In this document: piece after piece, positions 49,462 through 52,972 of the stretch | Layout: every line of letters starts with the position of its first letter | How positions within the stretch are numbered: the first letter of the stretch is position 1 | Virus record (IMG/VR): IMGVR_UViG_3300031688_000024 | Location: 1 to 52,972 of that record | From: a virus | Lineage: Duplodnaviria > Caudoviricetes | Reading direction: 5' to 3' (one strand) | DNA: 52,972 nucleotides | The notes under the pieces: generated by a model | What the model saw: only the letters and a program-made list of their open reading frames with translations | Database searches by the model: none | Told to the model about the DNA's origin: nothing | Position numbers and translations under genes: made by a program

Positions 49462-50046
49462 TTATGGTTTCTCTCCGATTTCTGTCTGCCATTCTTTAAA
49501 GTTAGTCCTTTCACTTCTAGGTACCCATTTCCAATGATTTGATAATGAACTATGGTCTGTCTCAATCCAGTTAGGTATTAACTTTCTTTGGTAGTTTTCC
49601 CACAATCCGTAAGTAACCTCCTCTAGTCCATCCTCAATCCCATATCCTAATTCAGGAACTTCGTCAATGAGTTGTTCGTATATTGGTGTCTCATATGAAT
49701 CAATTCCGTCCTTTATATTGTTTCTTTCTCGATAAGACTTAATCTCCCTGATATCTTTATAGGTTACGATTACTAGTACATCATCTAGTAGGTCGGTAAC
49801 CGTATGTAGTAGTCCTGAACACGACGGACAGAACGTCACATATGAATTGTTCTTATTCTCTAATATAATCTCTCTAAGAGTCTCTTCTGACGTAATTAAG
49901 TCCTCCCAACGTTGGTGGGTTAAATGTTCGTTATCACTGTCAATAATATATGCGGTTATTTTATTACCCGCCCCGTGTGGTCCGGTAACTATAACCTTAT
50001 TAAAATTACCGATTGTCTCTTTATGTTCGAAGTAGTCTTTACTCAT
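49462..50046 (-). CDS. P-loop/sulfotransferase-like protein
   Basis: VIVTGPHGAGNK N-terminal motif. Confidence 0.5.
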   Translation of the reverse strand: MSKDYFEHKETIGNFNKVIVTGPHGAGNKITAYIIDSDNEHLTHQRWEDLITSEETLREIILENKNNSYVTFCPSCSGLLHTVTDLLDDVLVIVTYKDIREIKSYRERNNIKDGIDSYETPIYEQLIDEVPELGYGIEDGLEEVTYGLWENYQRKLIPNWIETDHSSLSNHWKWVPRSERTNFKEWQTEIGEKP

Positions 50047-50172
50047 TTAGTATTTATTTACTCTTAAATGATAGGTTTTTATTGGAAGTAGTAAATAAAT
50101 TATGATTTAAGTTGTTTTGTGGTGTATAATACAAACTTAATCACTATCTTTGTTGGAGATAAAGAACATAGA

Positions 50173-50551
50173 TATGACAAAATACGAAAAAACACAGGAA
50201 CAGTACGAAACCATTAGACGACCAAACAACGCATTGGATAATCTATTAAGTGGGAGAACGTATGAACATATTTTTGAAGAAAGAGGTGGACAATATAATT
50301 CCTTTAGAGTGGAATTTAAGATATTAAACACTTATATTTTCTCTAAGGAATTGGTTAGTGTTGACGTGGAAGTCCTAACGGTAGGTACTATGGAGTATAG
50401 TAGGTGGATTACATACCAAGAAAAGTGTATGACTAATAAGTTAATTAAGACCATTAAATCTGATTTCGATAGGTTCGTAAAACTAAATTCATTTACAAAA
50501 GTGGCGTTATACAATTTTAAGACTATATTTCCAAACACAATTAAATTATGA
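50173..50551 (+). CDS. Hypothetical protein
   Basis: ATG about 28 nt after the promoter at 50145. Confidence 0.6.
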
Positions 50552-51081
50552 TAAAAGAAAATTTTAACCAATTCGTACAAACTACTTCAGATGGTAAGGT
50601 AATTGACCCATCATACGTTAGATTTAGAGGTATGAAATCTATTGTTATCAATACGGCATCTAAGTGTGGGTATACGGATAGTGATATGAAAGATATTGCG
50701 AAATTTGCGGAACTAATGAAAGATAAGGTATCGATTTATTTATACCCTTCCGATGATTTTAATCAGGAACCAAACACGGACGAAGAGAATGAAGTGTTTT
50801 GTGACGGATATGGATTAGTAGACCTATATCCGACAGTAAAAATAATGTCTAAGTCTTCTGTGATAAGTAAAGAAAATGAACTATACCAATGGTTACAAAA
50901 CGGACAGACACATTATATTGTGGATAACCAAATAGATGGGAACCCATTTGAACTTAAATGGAATTTCCATAAGTATTTAATTAATACTGATGGGACCATG
51001 TGGGGAACACTATTCCCCGGTGAGAGTTTGATAAGTGAGGACATTGAAGAGTGGTGTAATATACAAGAAATACAAGCGTAG
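50548..51081 (+). CDS. Glutathione peroxidase family protein (Cys-type)
   Basis: INTASKCGYT, YPSDDFNQEP and WNFHKYLI motifs. Confidence 0.9.
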   Translation: MIKENFNQFVQTTSDGKVIDPSYVRFRGMKSIVINTASKCGYTDSDMKDIAKFAELMKDKVSIYLYPSDDFNQEPNTDEENEVFCDGYGLVDLYPTVKIMSKSSVISKENELYQWLQNGQTHYIVDNQIDGNPFELKWNFHKYLINTDGTMWGTLFPGESLISEDIEEWCNIQEIQA

Positions 51082-51122
51082 TAATTAGGTGGGTTCTTTC
51101 GTGTATAAATAAAAAAGAAATT

Positions 51123-51371
51123 ATGGAACTAACATCATTTGTTTTAGGTGTATGTGCGGTCATTATGTTAATAGTGGTTGTGGGTACGTTTGGGAATTAT
51201 AGGTTAATAAATGCCTTAATGAAAGACAACGACCAACTCCAAAAGGATTTGGTAAACTCATACTCGGAAATGAGTAAAATTGAGTCTAAGCTTTACCGTC
51301 ACATTGACAGTAGGGTGGATAAGGTTAATGATATTTTAACCCGTGAGATGACGGAGTTAAAAAATAAGTAA
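51123..51371 (+). CDS. TM plus coiled-coil small protein
   Basis: N-terminal TM; YRHIDSRVDK. Confidence 0.65.
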   Translation: MELTSFVLGVCAVIMLIVVVGTFGNYRLINALMKDNDQLQKDLVNSYSEMSKIESKLYRHIDSRVDKVNDILTREMTELKNK

Positions 51372-51438
51372 ATAAACAGTTAAGGAATCCATTTATTACT
51401 TATATTTGTATTTACATTGAAAGGTTCTTTGAAATAAT

Positions 51439-52082
51439 GGGGGTGACTGGCATTGATTGGCAGGATTACTTACACGGGGCACGTAGTCAAACTTCATCTA
51501 TGACTTTAATCTATGATGGACATTTTTTAGACGGAAACGTTTATAACGAGATGGCAATGTTCGGATTAGTTTCTGAAACTGCTATCGTTAACGCATAATT
51601 ATTTATGAAGTTAACCGTAACTCACTCTAAGAGTGAGTTACATGGGGTCGGTCAGGACATATACCTTGCAACAGAAGTCCGTTGTTGTGGTGGAAAAACG
51701 ACTAAACCCTAAATTGGGTCGTCCATTGGTTGTTGACTTACGATGGTGAAGAACAGGTCAACGAATTTCGGAGTATTAGAAAATACTGTACTAAACGTGT
51801 AGTCCTTTGTGAGTGGACTGAGCAAGACCCGGGTTTAATAGGGGACCCATTTAACAGTGATGTTAAATTAAAAATTGGATGAATTGCTGGAACGCTAAGT
51901 CGGAAACGATAAGCCAATCAGCAGCCAAGCTTAAGATACATCTTAAGAAGGTTCAGAGACTAGTGGAGAGGTAGAGTCTTCTTAATAACCACATTAGCGT
52001 CCGACATCTCGTTTGAGATGATGATATAGTCCGTACAGTGTAGAAATACATTGAGTATATGCGAAACCCGGCACCTCCACCA
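51439..52082 (+). ncRNA. ssrA: tmRNA (exons 51439-51835 and 52062-52082)
   Basis: GGGGGTG/CACCTCC acceptor with G3:U, encoded ACCA; spliced T arm CCGGG-TTCGAAA-CCCGG; candidate tag ORF 51533-51598. Confidence 0.93.
51836..52061 (+). mobile_element. ORF-less group I intron in the tmRNA T loop
   Basis: P1 GGGTT/GACCC with U:G at the 5' splice site; P AATTGCTGGAA, Q AATCAGCAGC, R TTCAGAGACTA, S GATATAGTCC; P3 TTGGATG/CGTCCGA; terminal G. Confidence 0.93.
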
Positions 52083-52088
52083 TTACGT

Positions 52089-52120
52089 AAACCACCTCTT
52101 AATCGGGGTGGTTTATTTTT
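52089..52120 (+). terminator. Terminator after tmRNA
   Basis: AAACCACCTC-ttaatc-GGGGTGGTTT followed by a T-rich tract. Confidence 0.8.
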
Positions 52121-52199
52121 GCGCTATAAAACCATATTTATTTTTGTATTGTCAAAATAAGTCGTATCTTTGTATTAAGAAAAATAAAACAATAGAATT

Positions 52200-52934
52200 A
52201 TGGCAAAGATATTCAAAGTAGGTGGTTGTATAAGAGATAAGTTTCTTGGAGTAGATTCCAAAGATATTGATTTCACATTCGTATGTGAGAACTCTAAGAC
52301 AATCGAAGAAGGTTGGGCGGAAATGGTTAACTGGATGACTGAAAGAAAATACGAAATATTTTTAGAAACTCCTGACTGTTTTACAATTAGAGCGAAGTTT
52401 CCAAAAGGAGATACTAACGAAGGTTTAGTTGCAGATTTTGTAATGGCAAGAAAGGAAATCGGTTACATTGAAGGAACTAGAAAACCTATCTTAGAATTAG
52501 GAACATTAGAAGATGATTTACTAAGAAGAGATTTCACAGTTAATGCACTCGCAGAAGATATTGAAGGAAATATCATTGATATCTTTGATGGAATTGCTGA
52601 TTTAAAGAAAGGGATATTACGAACACCTATGGATGCCACTCAAACTATGATGGATGACCCACTTAGAATCTTAAGAGCATTGAGATTTACAATCACAAAG
52701 GATTTCACAATGTCTATAGATTTATGGGATGCAATGCAACAACCAAATATCTTACAGAAATTAGAGTTAACTGTGAGTGGTGAAAGAATCAGAGAAGAAA
52801 TCGCAAAGATGTTCCAATTTGATACTGTTAGAAGTTTTAGATTATTAATGGATGTAGATAACGTTATCCCAGGATTTTTAGATTTAATCTTTAAGAATGG
52901 TATGTGGTTAGTTCCAACATTCAAAAAACAATAA
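52200..52934 (+). CDS. cca: Class II tRNA nucleotidyltransferase (CCA-adding enzyme), short form
   Basis: VGGCIRD, KDIDF, EDDLLRRDFTVNAL, DDPLRILRALRF and SGERIREE motifs. Confidence 0.92.
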   Translation: MAKIFKVGGCIRDKFLGVDSKDIDFTFVCENSKTIEEGWAEMVNWMTERKYEIFLETPDCFTIRAKFPKGDTNEGLVADFVMARKEIGYIEGTRKPILELGTLEDDLLRRDFTVNALAEDIEGNIIDIFDGIADLKKGILRTPMDATQTMMDDPLRILRALRFTITKDFTMSIDLWDAMQQPNILQKLELTVSGERIREEIAKMFQFDTVRSFRLLMDVDNVIPGFLDLIFKNGMWLVPTFKKQ

Positions 52935-52937
52935 GAC

Positions 52938-52972
52938 ATGGAAAAACAAAATAAAATAGTAATATTCGATTT
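52938..52972 (+). CDS. 5' fragment of a possible HAD-family phosphatase
   Basis: MEKQNKIVIFD resembles the start of HAD motif I; truncated by the window. Confidence 0.4.
   Translation, partial: MEKQNKIVIFD

Overview
This window is a ~53 kb segment of a large, AT-rich, T4-like tailed phage. Recurrent TAnnTTTG promoters, A-rich starts without Shine-Dalgarno motifs and a Bacteroidota-type bS21 point to a Bacteroidota (probably Flavobacteriia) host. The left part (1-28 kb) holds a baseplate-spike-like gene, an M23 peptidase, the T4-like head module (gp23, gp22-like, gp21, gp20, gp17) with an inverted ribosomal protein bS21 gene inside it, a nucleotidyltransferase, KTSC, DnaK, a ClpC lacking its N-domain, a peptidase and a GH24 lysozyme fusion. 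The right part (28-53 kb) is a translation/RNA island: about 33 tRNA genes covering all 20 amino acids (none with encoded CCA, several atypical), an HNH gene, a tmRNA split by a group I intron, a CCA-adding enzyme and several unannotated structured RNAs, one of about 600 nt. The most striking unannotated signal is a 49-codon leader ORF containing all 20 amino acids. Its 3' end can pair with, and disrupt, an intrinsic terminator just upstream of the main tRNA array, which suggests a pan-amino-acid attenuator that switches on phage tRNAs when any codon is starved. All calls come from reading motifs and base pairing by eye; no searches or folding programs were run.
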